A DNA stretch of 64,000 bases from a virus (lineage: Duplodnaviria; Heunggongvirae; Uroviricota; Caudoviricetes): the IMG/VR virus record IMGVR_UViG_3300045988_005753; one strand, written 5' to 3'. Under the pieces are notes generated by a model that worked only from the letters and a program-made list of their open reading frames with translations, was not told the DNA's origin and ran no database searches. Shown here in pieces: positions 25,910-36,005 of the stretch. Position 1 is the first letter of the stretch; each line of letters begins with the position of its first letter. Position numbers and translations under genes: made by a program.

Positions 25910-26143
25910 TCATAGCAACTCCAGAATATCAATACGTTCGCCTTTGAGTACTCCAGTACGGTCTTTTGCAATCTTACCATCAACGATAAGGATGTGTGTA
26001 GACCTTAAAGCGTCGTTGTTAAAGGTTTTTACGAACTTGCTAGGCATGACTACAATGGACATCTCCTGAATTAACTCTGGAGTGTAGCAGTTATCATGAA
26101 GTTGCTGAATAACGTCTGCAAGTGTCATTTTTGATGTCTCCAA
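25910..26143 (-). CDS. hypothetical protein
   Basis: 77 aa ORF in the early leftward operon. Confidence 0.4.
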   Translation of the reverse strand: METSKMTLADVIQQLHDNCYTPELIQEMSIVVMPSKFVKTFNNDALRSTHILIVDGKIAKDRTGVLKGERIDILELL

Positions 26144-26340
26144 TATTCAATATCTACAAGTTCTTGTGCAATACTTTTAAGGTTACTTTTAAGGAAAACT
26201 TTCTCACCACCAGACATGGAAGTGTTATCAATGAGTCTATTCATTCTCTCAAACAACTTCTGCTTACGGTTCTTGATAGTTTCCTTTGATGCACCTTTCA
26301 TCATTGCTGCATGGGTTCTTCCACGGTGGCTCATAATCAC
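26125..26340 (-). CDS. hypothetical basic protein
   Basis: 71 aa ORF immediately downstream of the polymerase gene. Confidence 0.4.
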   Translation of the reverse strand: MIMSHRGRTHAAMMKGASKETIKNRKQKLFERMNRLIDNTSMSGGEKVFLKSNLKSIAQELVDIEYWRHQK

Positions 26341-26395
26341 TCCTATATAAGATATTGTATATGGTACTCTTCCATGAGCACCTTGTCAATACTAA

Positions 26396-29095
26396 TCAGT
26401 GAACCTCAAGCCAGCTTTTACCAACCTTACCAGTACCTGTAACAAGTGTTTCTTTCTTAAGACCTAAGTTTTTAGAAGCTTGTCCATAATACCAGTCAGT
26501 AACTGCTTTCACTTCTGCCGTCATACTTTCTGGACATTCCCAGCTTGTTTCATCGTGATATGCGCAGAGTAAACGAGCACCAATAGCTGGTTGACGACCA
26601 TTTAACTTCATCAAACCTTCGTCAATCATACGACGACAAGCAAGGTTAATTGCCTCATTTTGAATCTGAGCCTCTGAACCCATCAAAAGGTAGTTCAACA
26701 GTTTGTGTGGAGATTTACACCACAACCAAGCTCCAGCAACCTTTACAAAACCCCCTTTAGAGATTGCAGCAGTCTTACCAAACACCTCTTCAAGTGCCTT
26801 TTTAGTTGCTTTGTAGTCAGCTTCCAAGTCATCTAGCAGCTTCTTAATTTTAGGCAAACGGATAAAGTAAGTCTGTTTAGTCAGCGCACCTTCCTGAGTA
26901 GTTGCAGCCTTAATCGTCTTAGCAAACTTCTCATCACCTGCACCGAACAGCAGTGCATAGATACCATTCTTAGCTTTCTTACGACCCTTACTAATCTCAT
27001 GAAGAAGGTTCTCATCCTGAGTAGCACGACAAGTCAAGATGTCCTGCTCATCATTCAAGCTAAAGTAAATACTATTCAGTGTATGCGCATCAGTCCCTGA
27101 ATAGACAACGTACAGGTCATTCTCAGAGTCATAACGAAGGTACTTATCAATCTCTGGGTTGAGGTACTCATCAAAGTGTTTGCAGTAATAGCGTCCATCT
27201 TCTTGACGAATAAACTCAATCTCTTCTTTACCTTGCGTTACCGCTTTGGTGAAGTCTTTATCACCCATAAAGTTACAAAGCAGAACTAACTGGGCCGAGT
27301 TCATATCTACAGAGACAACGTTAGTACCTTCCTCACAAATCCACACTGCCCTCATTGGTTCCCCATAGACAGCAGCACCAGACGGTACGTTTACAATACC
27401 ATATTGTGTCATACGTCCAGTTGAAGTACCAAACACCATTGCACCAGCACTAAGTCGACCATCAGGACGAATCTGGTTCAACCAACCTTTTTCATCATCC
27501 TTTGAGTTCTCAATAGTTCTGCGTCTGTGCATCAAAGTATAGTACTTAGCAATCTTCTGTCCAAGCTCACCTTCAATCGTATCATAAGATGATTCAGTAA
27601 GTTTTGGTGAAGTACGGATTAAGCAAGGCTCAAGCAAATCTGTGTACTTCTTCACAGACCAGTTATGCTCAATGTACTGGACACCTTCATGCTCAACATA
27701 GCTCAAACCACACCGCTCAACCATTTCCTGCCACTTAGGATGCTTTGTAATCATCTTTTTATTGTCTTTGAAACGACAAACTTTGACAGGGCGACCATCT
27801 GAGTCTTTCTTGTAATTCCAATCATCTGGAATCCAGCCAACTGATTTCAAGTAGTCTTTAACAACTGCTACCTGAGTCATGCGAGAAACTTCGAACTCAA
27901 TTGGTGTATATGGTGCATCAATCAAACCTGTGTAGCGACTTGACTCAAGTTCAAAGTGGTTAACAACATGACTGTTATAGTACTTCACAGTTTTGACTGT
28001 TTTTACTGGCTTCCAGTCTTTGCATTTCTTACCAATCTTTGCGTTCAACTCATTGCAAATTGCACGAGCATCCTTCATTGCTACAAAACCTTCCTTGTAC
28101 TCTTCACCAGTTACAGAGTTGGTTGGCGTATAGCAATTTCTCTTTTCAATGTTAAAAATCTTTGTAGTTGGCTTACCAAATGGCTTGATTTCGTATGTCT
28201 GCATCTCACCGTTACGTACCTGCTGACGATACTTTGTTTTAGGGTACTTGGTAATTCTCTTCAGTCCATCTGCATGACCAAATGTTTCAACATACTCATT
28301 CCAAGCTTTTGCAAACTCTTCTCCAGTGACTTTACCTTTGGTCTTAATAGTTGGAGGTAGATGTGGTTCAACCTCTGAGGCAAGCTCATTAGTCAACTTG
28401 TCAAGCTCCTTTACATGGAACTCCATAAGCTCCTTATCAGCTTTCCAACCATTGATAGCTTGTTGACTCATCCAGAAAGATGTTTCTTTAGCTCGCATGT
28501 AGGTTTCATAAGTGTCTATGCCACACTTCTTAAGCTTGAGATACTCATTATCAAGTGCCCGTTTAGTTTTGGCGTTAATACGAATATCTTCTACAACACG
28601 AGTGAAGATTTCTGCATTCCAAACACCCCAATGCTCAATCTCTGGCTTACGAACACCAACACGAGCACCCCATGCAGCCAAGCCATGAGCACCTTTATAA
28701 CCCTTTGGAGTTGGTCTATCCATCCACTGAACACGAGACTGGATAAGAGAATCCTGAAAGAAATTACTCCACGGCTTACACTTTGGATTATCAAAGTTCC
28801 ATAAATCAGGGGCAATGTGATTGAAAACCCACCAGTCATAACCGAGACCATTATGGATGCAAAGACGTTTTGCCTTTAACGCAAACTCAATACCTTCACG
28901 TAAGCCACCCTTAATGTACTTGGTATACTTGTGACCGAGGATAGGCTCGTCTGTAAATACCCATACAGGCGGCTCTTCATCGTCAGATTTATAGTCTGCG
29001 AAAGCCATTACGTGAACTTTAGTGAACTCAAGGAGTAAACCATCAGTTTCTGTATCACCAACTAAATGTAAGTTTTTAAAATCTACGTTTTCCAT
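26396..29095 (-). CDS. DNA polymerase, family A, with 3'-5' proofreading exonuclease domain
   Basis: LVGDTETDGL matches the Exo I motif (Klenow FDTETDSL); KAKNGIYALLFGAGD and YHDE resemble motifs B and C. The track start at 29125 lacks an RBS, whereas the ATG at 29095 has GAGGGAG upstream. Confidence 0.8.
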   Translation of the reverse strand: MENVDFKNLHLVGDTETDGLLLEFTKVHVMAFADYKSDDEEPPVWVFTDEPILGHKYTKYIKGGLREGIEFALKAKRLCIHNGLGYDWWVFNHIAPDLWNFDNPKCKPWSNFFQDSLIQSRVQWMDRPTPKGYKGAHGLAAWGARVGVRKPEIEHWGVWNAEIFTRVVEDIRINAKTKRALDNEYLKLKKCGIDTYETYMRAKETSFWMSQQAINGWKADKELMEFHVKELDKLTNELASEVEPHLPPTIKTKGKVTGEEFAKAWNEYVETFGHADGLKRITKYPKTKYRQQVRNGEMQTYEIKPFGKPTTKIFNIEKRNCYTPTNSVTGEEYKEGFVAMKDARAICNELNAKIGKKCKDWKPVKTVKTVKYYNSHVVNHFELESSRYTGLIDAPYTPIEFEVSRMTQVAVVKDYLKSVGWIPDDWNYKKDSDGRPVKVCRFKDNKKMITKHPKWQEMVERCGLSYVEHEGVQYIEHNWSVKKYTDLLEPCLIRTSPKLTESSYDTIEGELGQKIAKYYTLMHRRRTIENSKDDEKGWLNQIRPDGRLSAGAMVFGTSTGRMTQYGIVNVPSGAAVYGEPMRAVWICEEGTNVVSVDMNSAQLVLLCNFMGDKDFTKAVTQGKEEIEFIRQEDGRYYCKHFDEYLNPEIDKYLRYDSENDLYVVYSGTDAHTLNSIYFSLNDEQDILTCRATQDENLLHEISKGRKKAKNGIYALLFGAGDEKFAKTIKAATTQEGALTKQTYFIRLPKIKKLLDDLEADYKATKKALEEVFGKTAAISKGGFVKVAGAWLWCKSPHKLLNYLLMGSEAQIQNEAINLACRRMIDEGLMKLNGRQPAIGARLLCAYHDETSWECPESMTAEVKAVTDWYYGQASKNLGLKKETLVTGTGKVGKSWLEVH

Positions 29096-29290
29096 TTTTA
29101 CTCCCTCTAAAATCATTAACCCCATACATTACTGCAAAAAATTATAAAAAGCAAGTTGACAATACACTTGACAAGGTGTTAATCTTTGCGAAGTGGGTTT
29201 TTACTTAAAAGGTTACTTAACAGTTTAACTATACAGATACTTTAGAACTCTTAAAAGATTATTTAATAGCTTTTAAAAAGCTTTAAAGTA

Positions 29291-29309
29291 TAACGTATAG
29301 AATACGTTA
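29291..29309. promoter_or_regulatory. perfect inverted repeat in the divergent control region (candidate operator)
   Basis: TAACGTAT-AGA-ATACGTTA, 8-bp arms with a 3-nt spacer, about 45 nt upstream of the 29353 start. Confidence 0.35.
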
Positions 29310-29352
29310 AGATAAAAGATTAAAACTTAATAGTTACTTAAAAGAGGCTTAC

Positions 29353-29775
29353 ATGCAGAAAATGTTTGTTCACCCAGACATAGCTGACTTTGTTAGAGCT
29401 TTGCAGAAGTTGGAAGAACTTGACATTGCTGCTCAACGGGAATATGCTCACCATCACAGGGGAATGGTAGATATACAACATGAAATAGAGTTGTCTGAAA
29501 ACTATGAAGATGACTTAAAATGCTCTGTATTTGAGCATATGAAAGATGTTGCTACAGCGAGACGTAAAGCTAAAGACACAGTTGCTTTACTAGATTCTCT
29601 TAAAAAGAGGTTGCAAAGTGGTACAGACCTGTGTAATCTAGCGTCACTGATTAACGATGTTGAAACTTCTTGGGATAGGCACTATTATCCACGTTCTGAA
29701 AAGACACTTGACTTTTCTTCATCAGAAAACTTAAAATGTTCTAGAAAGAAACTTAACCAACTGAGAGAGAAATAA
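29353..29775 (+). CDS. hypothetical protein
   Basis: 140 aa; AGAGG 6 nt upstream of the ATG; first gene of the rightward block. Confidence 0.45.
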   Translation: MQKMFVHPDIADFVRALQKLEELDIAAQREYAHHHRGMVDIQHEIELSENYEDDLKCSVFEHMKDVATARRKAKDTVALLDSLKKRLQSGTDLCNLASLINDVETSWDRHYYPRSEKTLDFSSSENLKCSRKKLNQLREK

Positions 29776-29776
29776 T

Positions 29777-30577
29777 ATGAATATCGATGTAGAAAAGATG
29801 CTTGAAGAAAAAGGTATTGACGAAGCATTTTTAATCAATGCCGTAGAAAGCATGGCTATGATTCTTCGTGGGAACAACTACACAGAACAGTTTATGCCTG
29901 CAAGCTACAACTTGCCTGAAGACAAGTCTGATAACGGTGCTTTTGCAGAACAGGTCAACATGATGCTTTGCGACAAAACACTTGCTTTAGCATCTATCGT
30001 TGTAGGTGTTGATGCTCTTGCAGAGTTCATTTTTTATGAGATGCAGAAAAATGACTATATTGCCATGACCACTGAAGAAAAAGACTTGCTACTACTCGCA
30101 GGTAATGATGAGCTAATTGACCTGTTAATTTCATCAACCAGTGCTGTTATGGCTGCTCTTGAGAAGCGAATGGAAGAGAAGTTGTCACGATATGAAAAAC
30201 TTGATTGGGGTGTAGAAGAACTAAACCCACGAATCAAGGAGATTATCCAGCAAACTAAAGAGTCTTTGGAAGAAGCTGTTGAGAATGACTCTGTAGCTGA
30301 TATAGAACCGCTTCAGGTGAAAGTTGCACTAATGATTCCAGCTATCTCTACGATGATGAATATCGTTGCACTAATCCAACTTTCACAGATGATGGGTGTG
30401 AGTATTGAGTTCATTGAAGAGATGACTGGTGGCGTCAGTATGCAAGCAATCAATGATGTTTTGGTGAACATTGGTGCTTCCATCATTGAAGAGAAACTAC
30501 GCATCAACTTCGGTGATGATTTTGTGAAGCAACTCTCAGCTATGGCTGAAAAAGAGTCTGCTGAGCAACTACACTAA
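29777..30577 (+). CDS. hypothetical acidic protein
   Basis: 266 aa ORF, start adjacent to the upstream stop. Confidence 0.45.
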   Translation: MNIDVEKMLEEKGIDEAFLINAVESMAMILRGNNYTEQFMPASYNLPEDKSDNGAFAEQVNMMLCDKTLALASIVVGVDALAEFIFYEMQKNDYIAMTTEEKDLLLLAGNDELIDLLISSTSAVMAALEKRMEEKLSRYEKLDWGVEELNPRIKEIIQQTKESLEEAVENDSVADIEPLQVKVALMIPAISTMMNIVALIQLSQMMGVSIEFIEEMTGGVSMQAINDVLVNIGASIIEEKLRINFGDDFVKQLSAMAEKESAEQLH

Positions 30578-30595
30578 GTCTTTATAAATCTTACA

Positions 30596-30619
30596 AGCCT
30601 CCTTAGTTGGGGGCTTTTT
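30596..30619 (+). terminator. rho-independent terminator
   Basis: AGCCTCC (30596-30602) pairs with GGGGGCT (30609-30615) with one G-U wobble; then TTTT. Confidence 0.5.
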
Positions 30620-30638
30620 AGTAATTAATGGAGATAAA

Positions 30639-31382
30639 ATGAGTAATATTATCGCATTTACTGGAAAGGCACGTTCTGGAAAAGACACCTCATGTTCTAT
30701 TGTGAAGAACATCTTAGAGGATGAGTATGGCTACAATGTTGAAGTAATGGCCTTTGCAGACAACCTTAAACTATCTGCATCAAAGATATTTGACTTGACT
30801 TGGAATGACCTGTACGGTGAAACTAAAGAGACTCCACAGGTTTTTGACTTATCATATCCTGAACTGATGTTTAAAGTTACGGAAGCTATGGAGTTCACCT
30901 TCAGGGATGAACGTTACCATATGGACTTCAAGCTTATGTCAGAGTTAACCGGACGATTAATCATGGAGCTTAAGAAGGTTGCTAAACCAACTCTATTGAC
31001 ACGTCTGGGGTTTAGCAAAAAGTATAAATTCTCATCAAGACAAATTCAACAGATTTGGGGTACTGAAGTTGTCCGTAAAGTAATGGGCGACAAGTTCTGG
31101 TCTAAAGACCTTGAAAAAAGAATGGTTAGATTCCATGAAATGTGCTCACTTAGAAATCAATATGGTTTTGTCTTAATCAGTGATTTAAGATTTGACTCTG
31201 AAGCTGAATGGCTGAGTAGATTTGCACACCAAACTATTGAAGTAAAAAGAGACAATGTGGACAAAGTTTCATCACATGTTTCAGAAAATGGGATTTCTAC
31301 AAAATATGAGCGTGACATTATTCATAATAATGGTACTCTTGCAGACCTTGAGAACAAGCTAAGAGCCATCATTAAAGTTTAA
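30639..31382 (+). CDS. P-loop NTPase, possibly deoxynucleoside monophosphate kinase
   Basis: N-terminal FTGKARSGKDT Walker A motif; 247 aa; lies in the nucleotide-metabolism/replication block. Confidence 0.4.
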   Translation: MSNIIAFTGKARSGKDTSCSIVKNILEDEYGYNVEVMAFADNLKLSASKIFDLTWNDLYGETKETPQVFDLSYPELMFKVTEAMEFTFRDERYHMDFKLMSELTGRLIMELKKVAKPTLLTRLGFSKKYKFSSRQIQQIWGTEVVRKVMGDKFWSKDLEKRMVRFHEMCSLRNQYGFVLISDLRFDSEAEWLSRFAHQTIEVKRDNVDKVSSHVSENGISTKYERDIIHNNGTLADLENKLRAIIKV

Positions 31383-31390
31383 AAGAGAGA

Positions 31391-31591
31391 ATGAAGATGA
31401 GAGTAAAAGACAATTTTAAAGTTATTGACCACCGTTTAGTGGAACTCTCATCTCTTTCCAATGAGGTAATGATTGAACGTCTTAAGAGAGTTGAATCACG
31501 AAGGAAAGAGATTGCAGATGAAATTCATGAACTGGACAAGATTGAAAATGGATTGAAGGCAGAACTACAACGAAGAGGTGCTAATGTCTAA
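31391..31591 (+). CDS. hypothetical small coiled-coil protein
   Basis: 66 aa ORF overlapping the primase-helicase start. Confidence 0.4.
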   Translation: MKMRVKDNFKVIDHRLVELSSLSNEVMIERLKRVESRRKEIADEIHELDKIENGLKAELQRRGANV

Positions 31592-33569
31592 AGGTCGTAA
31601 ATTGAAAGAGGCTGGTCAGTTTGTTGGTCATTGCGCATGTCCACGTTGTGGTTCATCAGATGCTGGTTCAATCTATCATCATGACGATGATTCTTATTCA
31701 ATGACTTGCTTTAGTTGTAACAAAGGTTTCCCAGAGTGGGATTTTGATAAAGGACAAATCGTGAGCACTTATTCTACTGGTTCAGACAATAAAAACCGTA
31801 CTTTCCGTGGAATGGATTTAGACGATGTAAAAGAAAACCTAGAAGCAATGGACTTGAAAGATAGGAAGATTCCTGCAAAAGTCCTTGAACGCTTAGGTAT
31901 CAAGGTTGACATTGACAGTGACGGTGAAATTGATGCGCACTTCTATCCAACTTACAAACGTAATGAAGATGGTAAGCTAGCACATGTTGGCTACCGTGTT
32001 CGTCACCGTTACCCAGAAGACCATCCAAAAGAGCACCTACGTGGTAAGCTAAAAGACTTTTCTGGTGGTGTTGGAGACATTAAAGGTGAACTGGCAATGT
32101 TCGGTTCATGGATTGCTCCAGAAGGTGGTAACCGTCTATTCATCTGGGAAGGTGAGATGGAATGTGCGACAGCAATCTACATGACTTCTTTGGCGATTAA
32201 AGATAAGTCTCGTCGTAAGAATTACTGTCACGTATCTGTTCCGTCAGGTGCAAACATTAAGTCTATCAAAGACAACTATCAGTACATCACATCATTTGAT
32301 GAGATTTACTTGTGCTTTGATAACGATGAAGCAGGTGCTAAAGCTACCAAAGAGGCTGCTGGTATCCTACCTATTGAGAAGGTTCGTTTATTCCAGTATC
32401 CAGAAGGTGTAAAAGACCTTAACGAATGGTGGACAAAGTTCTATAAAGAGAAAGACACAGTTCTTGAAGGGTTTAAGCAGCGTATCTACAATGCGCCCCG
32501 TTACTGCCCTGCTGGTATCAAGAACTTCGCAGATGGTTTTGAGGCAATGAAGAATCGTGGTCAGATTCCATTGATTCCTTTCCCAGAATCTTTCGGAGAT
32601 TTGAACAGGCTGACTTATGGCGGTTACGGTTTAGGTGAGATTACAACTCTGGCAGCACCATCTTCAGTGGGTAAATCTGCATACACTCGTGAAATGATTT
32701 ATACTGCTTGGAAAGATACCGATTACAATATTGGTGTAATTCCTGTAGAAGATACCTATGAAGAGTTGATGGAGATGCTTTGTGCAATCCACCTGAGCAA
32801 GCAGATTTCTGAGATTCCTTATGACGAACGTGATTGGGATGAATTGAAGGAAGCACATGCAGAACTGTCTAAAGGTCGTCGTATCCACATCGTAGACCAT
32901 CAAGGGGCAATTGACCAAGATAACCTGCTGGAATTTGTTGATTATCTTGTTAACAGTTTAGACTGTAAGATTATTATTCTTGACCCTATTACGTTGGCTC
33001 TGTCACGTTCAGATACGGATGAAGAGGAAGTTTTGTCTGAGCTATTGCGCCGTTGCAAACGCTACCAGTATGCACAGGTGAACGTCTGTCACGTTCGTAA
33101 GAGCGCAGGTGGTCAGAAAGCCAACTCTGAAGGTGGAGATATCTCTGAAGAGGATATTAAAGGCTCTGGTGCGTATTTCCAGATTTCTATGAACAACATT
33201 CTGTTAATGCGTAACAAGGTTGACCCAGACCCTGTTAAGAAAAACTTGACAAAAATCAAGTTAACTAAATGTCGTCGTCATGGTAAGTCAACTGGTATTG
33301 CTGGTCATACTTGGTACAATCCAGATACAGGACGTCTCATCAAAGCATCTGGTTGTGGAGTTGACATTGATGGCGCAGCAGAGAATATTCGCCAACAGTT
33401 TGGTATTGGTGAAGCTGAAGACCATTACGATGACTCTTTGCCACATTATGAGGATGAAGTGTTTGACCGTGAGACTGGTGAAGTCTATACTGAAGAGCAG
33501 CGTCAAAGCTCAACGATTCCACCTGTATTAAGTGAGGATGCAGATGACTGCCCGTTCGAAACTGAGTGA
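31578..33569 (+). CDS. DNA primase-helicase (zinc-ribbon / primase / DnaB-like helicase fusion)
   Basis: N-terminal CACPRCGS...CFSCNKGF zinc ribbon; C-terminal Walker A-like APSSVGKSAY and an acidic C-terminus; 663 aa. Confidence 0.75.
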   Translation: MLMSKGRKLKEAGQFVGHCACPRCGSSDAGSIYHHDDDSYSMTCFSCNKGFPEWDFDKGQIVSTYSTGSDNKNRTFRGMDLDDVKENLEAMDLKDRKIPAKVLERLGIKVDIDSDGEIDAHFYPTYKRNEDGKLAHVGYRVRHRYPEDHPKEHLRGKLKDFSGGVGDIKGELAMFGSWIAPEGGNRLFIWEGEMECATAIYMTSLAIKDKSRRKNYCHVSVPSGANIKSIKDNYQYITSFDEIYLCFDNDEAGAKATKEAAGILPIEKVRLFQYPEGVKDLNEWWTKFYKEKDTVLEGFKQRIYNAPRYCPAGIKNFADGFEAMKNRGQIPLIPFPESFGDLNRLTYGGYGLGEITTLAAPSSVGKSAYTREMIYTAWKDTDYNIGVIPVEDTYEELMEMLCAIHLSKQISEIPYDERDWDELKEAHAELSKGRRIHIVDHQGAIDQDNLLEFVDYLVNSLDCKIIILDPITLALSRSDTDEEEVLSELLRRCKRYQYAQVNVCHVRKSAGGQKANSEGGDISEEDIKGSGAYFQISMNNILLMRNKVDPDPVKKNLTKIKLTKCRRHGKSTGIAGHTWYNPDTGRLIKASGCGVDIDGAAENIRQQFGIGEAEDHYDDSLPHYEDEVFDRETGEVYTEEQRQSSTIPPVLSEDADDCPFETE

Positions 33570-33825
33570 TAGCTATAAAAGAGAGGGGTTCACACCCTTC
33601 TTTGAAGAAAAAAGTTTAAATAAATTTCAGGAAGAGTGTTTGACAAAGGTTGATAGGTTCTATAGAATGCTCTACATGAAATGTGATGGAGGTGTTGAGG
33701 TAGAAGAAAAGTTCCATCACAGTATTATCACAGTCACTATTACTATACCTGAACATAATATTGGTTGGCTGTTTATAATGAAAGAAAATGTGTTTGAATA
33801 TCAAGTATATCGGAGAATATCATGA
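33544..33825 (+). CDS. hypothetical protein
   Basis: The track ORF starts at a GTG at 33532; the ATG at 33544 has GAGG 6 nt upstream; its TGA overlaps the next small ORF's ATG. Confidence 0.3.
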   Translation: MTARSKLSDSYKREGFTPFFEEKSLNKFQEECLTKVDRFYRMLYMKCDGGVEVEEKFHHSIITVTITIPEHNIGWLFIMKENVFEYQVYRRIS

Positions 33826-33971
33826 AACACTCTAAAGCATTTGAAAAAGTTTTTGGGGATTCCTTAAAAGCCACTGCTGGAAAACCAGCAAAATACTATG
33901 AAGAAAAACGTGTAAGAACTGGAAAAACTGCACGTAAAGCAGCTTCTAAAGATAAGCACAACTTCCAGTAA
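33822..33971 (+). CDS. small basic protein (49 aa), below the ORF-track size cut-off
   Basis: ATG at 33822 with GGAG 6 nt upstream; translates to MKHSKAFEKVFGDSLKATAGKPAKYYEEKRVRTGKTARKAASKDKHNFQ. Confidence 0.3.
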   Translation: MKHSKAFEKVFGDSLKATAGKPAKYYEEKRVRTGKTARKAASKDKHNFQ

Positions 33972-33978
33972 TTAGTAT

Positions 33979-34007
33979 TTGACAATAGAGTATCAACAAA
34001 TTAGAAT
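33979..34007 (+). promoter_or_regulatory. sigma70-like promoter TTGACA-N17-TAGAAT
   Basis: TTGACA 33979-33984, 17-nt spacer, TAGAAT 34002-34007; 36 nt upstream of the 34044 start. Confidence 0.5.
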
Positions 34008-34043
34008 TGGTACTCTTCATAAATTGAGATAGAGGTTTAAATA

Positions 34044-34901
34044 ATGTCTAAAGTTGTTAAAATGAAAGCTCCGGTAGAGAAGTACAACGGTACTGAACGT
34101 CAAACTCTGCGTTACCTTCTGAAAGATGTCTGGTTTTATTACCTGAACACTTCACCACGTCCGGGAAAAGGTAAGTCTATTGATAAGAAATTTCCAGGCA
34201 AAGATTGTAACTACAGCGTATCAATTCTGGCAGAAGACGGTAACAAACTGTTTAAAGAGTTTACTAAGTCTAAGAAAAATCCAGAAGGCTGGGATAAAGT
34301 CACTACTGAAGCAGTTGATGCAGATGACTTCGAAGAGAAGTTTGGTTGCAAACCACCATTTGAAGCAGATACTTACTACATCTTGAAAGTAAGTCGTGCA
34401 GCAGCTTATAAAGATGGTGCTGTGTGGACAGCTAAACAGTCATTCCCTGTAATGCTGATTGAAGAAGTAAATGGTAAGCGTGTAGCTGTTAAGCAGCCGA
34501 TGAAGAAAATCAAAGCTCAAGCATCTGATAAACATGAAGATGACAAGAACTATGATGTAATTCATCCAGATATTGCAGTTGGTAACGGTTCTTTTGGTAG
34601 TGTGATTCTTTCTACTCACTTCTACACTTTTGAGAACAATGTCTTGACAAAGCCTATTCAGGAACAGTTTATCATTGATACTCTTGTACCTTACACTGGT
34701 GGTAACGGTGCTAATGGTGAGCCTGAACTGGATGAAGATGAATTGGCTATGCTTGGTCTTGATGGTGTTGAAGATAACGGTGAAATCACTGAAGAAGACG
34801 CAACAGACCATAAATCTTCGAATGATTCTGATGATGGTGACGATGAAGACTTGCCAGACCCAGATGACGAAGAAGATGAAGACTTCGATACAGAAGACTA
34901 A
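34044..34901 (+). CDS. putative single-stranded DNA-binding protein
   Basis: 285 aa with a highly acidic C-terminal tail (DDGDDEDLPDPDDEEDEDFDTED), sited in the replication block; no motif-level confirmation. Confidence 0.4.
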   Translation: MSKVVKMKAPVEKYNGTERQTLRYLLKDVWFYYLNTSPRPGKGKSIDKKFPGKDCNYSVSILAEDGNKLFKEFTKSKKNPEGWDKVTTEAVDADDFEEKFGCKPPFEADTYYILKVSRAAAYKDGAVWTAKQSFPVMLIEEVNGKRVAVKQPMKKIKAQASDKHEDDKNYDVIHPDIAVGNGSFGSVILSTHFYTFENNVLTKPIQEQFIIDTLVPYTGGNGANGEPELDEDELAMLGLDGVEDNGEITEEDATDHKSSNDSDDGDDEDLPDPDDEEDEDFDTED

Positions 34902-34919
34902 TCTCTAAAAAGTTACTTT

Positions 34920-34948
34920 AAAGCCCTGTACTTAGTATGGGGCTTTTT
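34920..34948 (+). terminator. rho-independent terminator
   Basis: AAAGCCC (34920-34926) pairs with GGGCTTT (34940-34946); T-run follows. Confidence 0.5.
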
Positions 34949-34964
34949 CATATGGAGAGCCATA

Positions 34965-36005
34965 ATGGAGAAGTACACATTAACAAAACTTCCAGATTCA
35001 GTTACACATGTCTTTATTGACTCTGACAGCATTGCCTATAAAGGTGCTTGTGTAGTTGAGAAAGCAAAGTATAAATACGTTAATAAACTCACAGCAGAAG
35101 AATCTGAACCATTTGATAATGCGAAAGATGCTGCAAGATGGTTAGCAGACCAGAGAATCCTTGTGGAAGAGCTTGGCCTGACATTTGATGAAGATGAATG
35201 GGAAAGACAAACTTGGAAAGAAGCTAAGAGTGAAAAAGAAGCTATCATGGCTACTCAACAGGTTCTTCAGGAATGGCTTAAGGTTGTTGGTAAAGAAAGA
35301 ACTTGGGTGGGTTATTTAACAGAGAAAGGTGTGCATAAACATAAAGACATTAAAGGTCTTGAGCACCAATATCAAGGTAACCGTAAAGATGCTGTCACAC
35401 CAACACACTTAGTCGCTTGTCGTGAATACCTTTTATCCAGACCAGAGTTCAAGCTCTTAAAGGGAGGCTTCGAAGCCGATTCAATCGTAATTGCTAAAGC
35501 TGAAAAGATGGGTAAGAAGGCTGCTCTTATGAGTATTGACAAAGACCTTCGACAAGCTGAAGGAACTTATTGTATTGATATGACTTATGAAAAATCACCA
35601 CTAATCTTTATTGCTGATAATAATGTTGGTGATATCTGGGATTGTCCTATCAAATCAAAACCAAAAGCTGCAAAAACAGTTGGTGTAGGTTTTAAATTTT
35701 TGTGTTATCAGGCTGTTGCTGGAGATAATGCAGACAACTACTTTGGCCTTAAAGGTGCTGGCAAAGTAGCTGTGATGAATGCTTTAGATGGTAAAGAGAC
35801 CTATAAAGAGTGCCTTGACGCTATCTATGAACTCTATGCTAAAAAAGAGTCTTACACCTATGTGTCATGGGATGGACAGACTGTTACCAAAACACCATTA
35901 GAGTTAATGGAGCAACATTTCTGGATAGCATATCAAGAGAGAAATCCAAAAGATAATTTCTCTTTTAAGAAATATAATTGGGAGCCGTGTATGAATGAAG
36001 ATTAA
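34965..36005 (+). CDS. 5'-3' exonuclease / flap endonuclease (RNase H-like)
   Basis: N-terminal VFIDSDSIAYKG resembles the FEN/5'-exo motif; AVAGDNADNYFGLKGAGKVAV resembles the helix-3-turn-helix motif GDxSDNIPGVxGIGxKTA. Confidence 0.6.
   Translation: MEKYTLTKLPDSVTHVFIDSDSIAYKGACVVEKAKYKYVNKLTAEESEPFDNAKDAARWLADQRILVEELGLTFDEDEWERQTWKEAKSEKEAIMATQQVLQEWLKVVGKERTWVGYLTEKGVHKHKDIKGLEHQYQGNRKDAVTPTHLVACREYLLSRPEFKLLKGGFEADSIVIAKAEKMGKKAALMSIDKDLRQAEGTYCIDMTYEKSPLIFIADNNVGDIWDCPIKSKPKAAKTVGVGFKFLCYQAVAGDNADNYFGLKGAGKVAVMNALDGKETYKECLDAIYELYAKKESYTYVSWDGQTVTKTPLELMEQHFWIAYQERNPKDNFSFKKYNWEPCMNED

Noticed and set aside
29141-29146. Consensus TATAAT on the - strand upstream of the polymerase gene as a sigma70 promoter
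   Set aside because: No acceptable -35 hexamer at 16-18 bp (the nearby TTGTCA falls at the wrong spacing), so it was not called.
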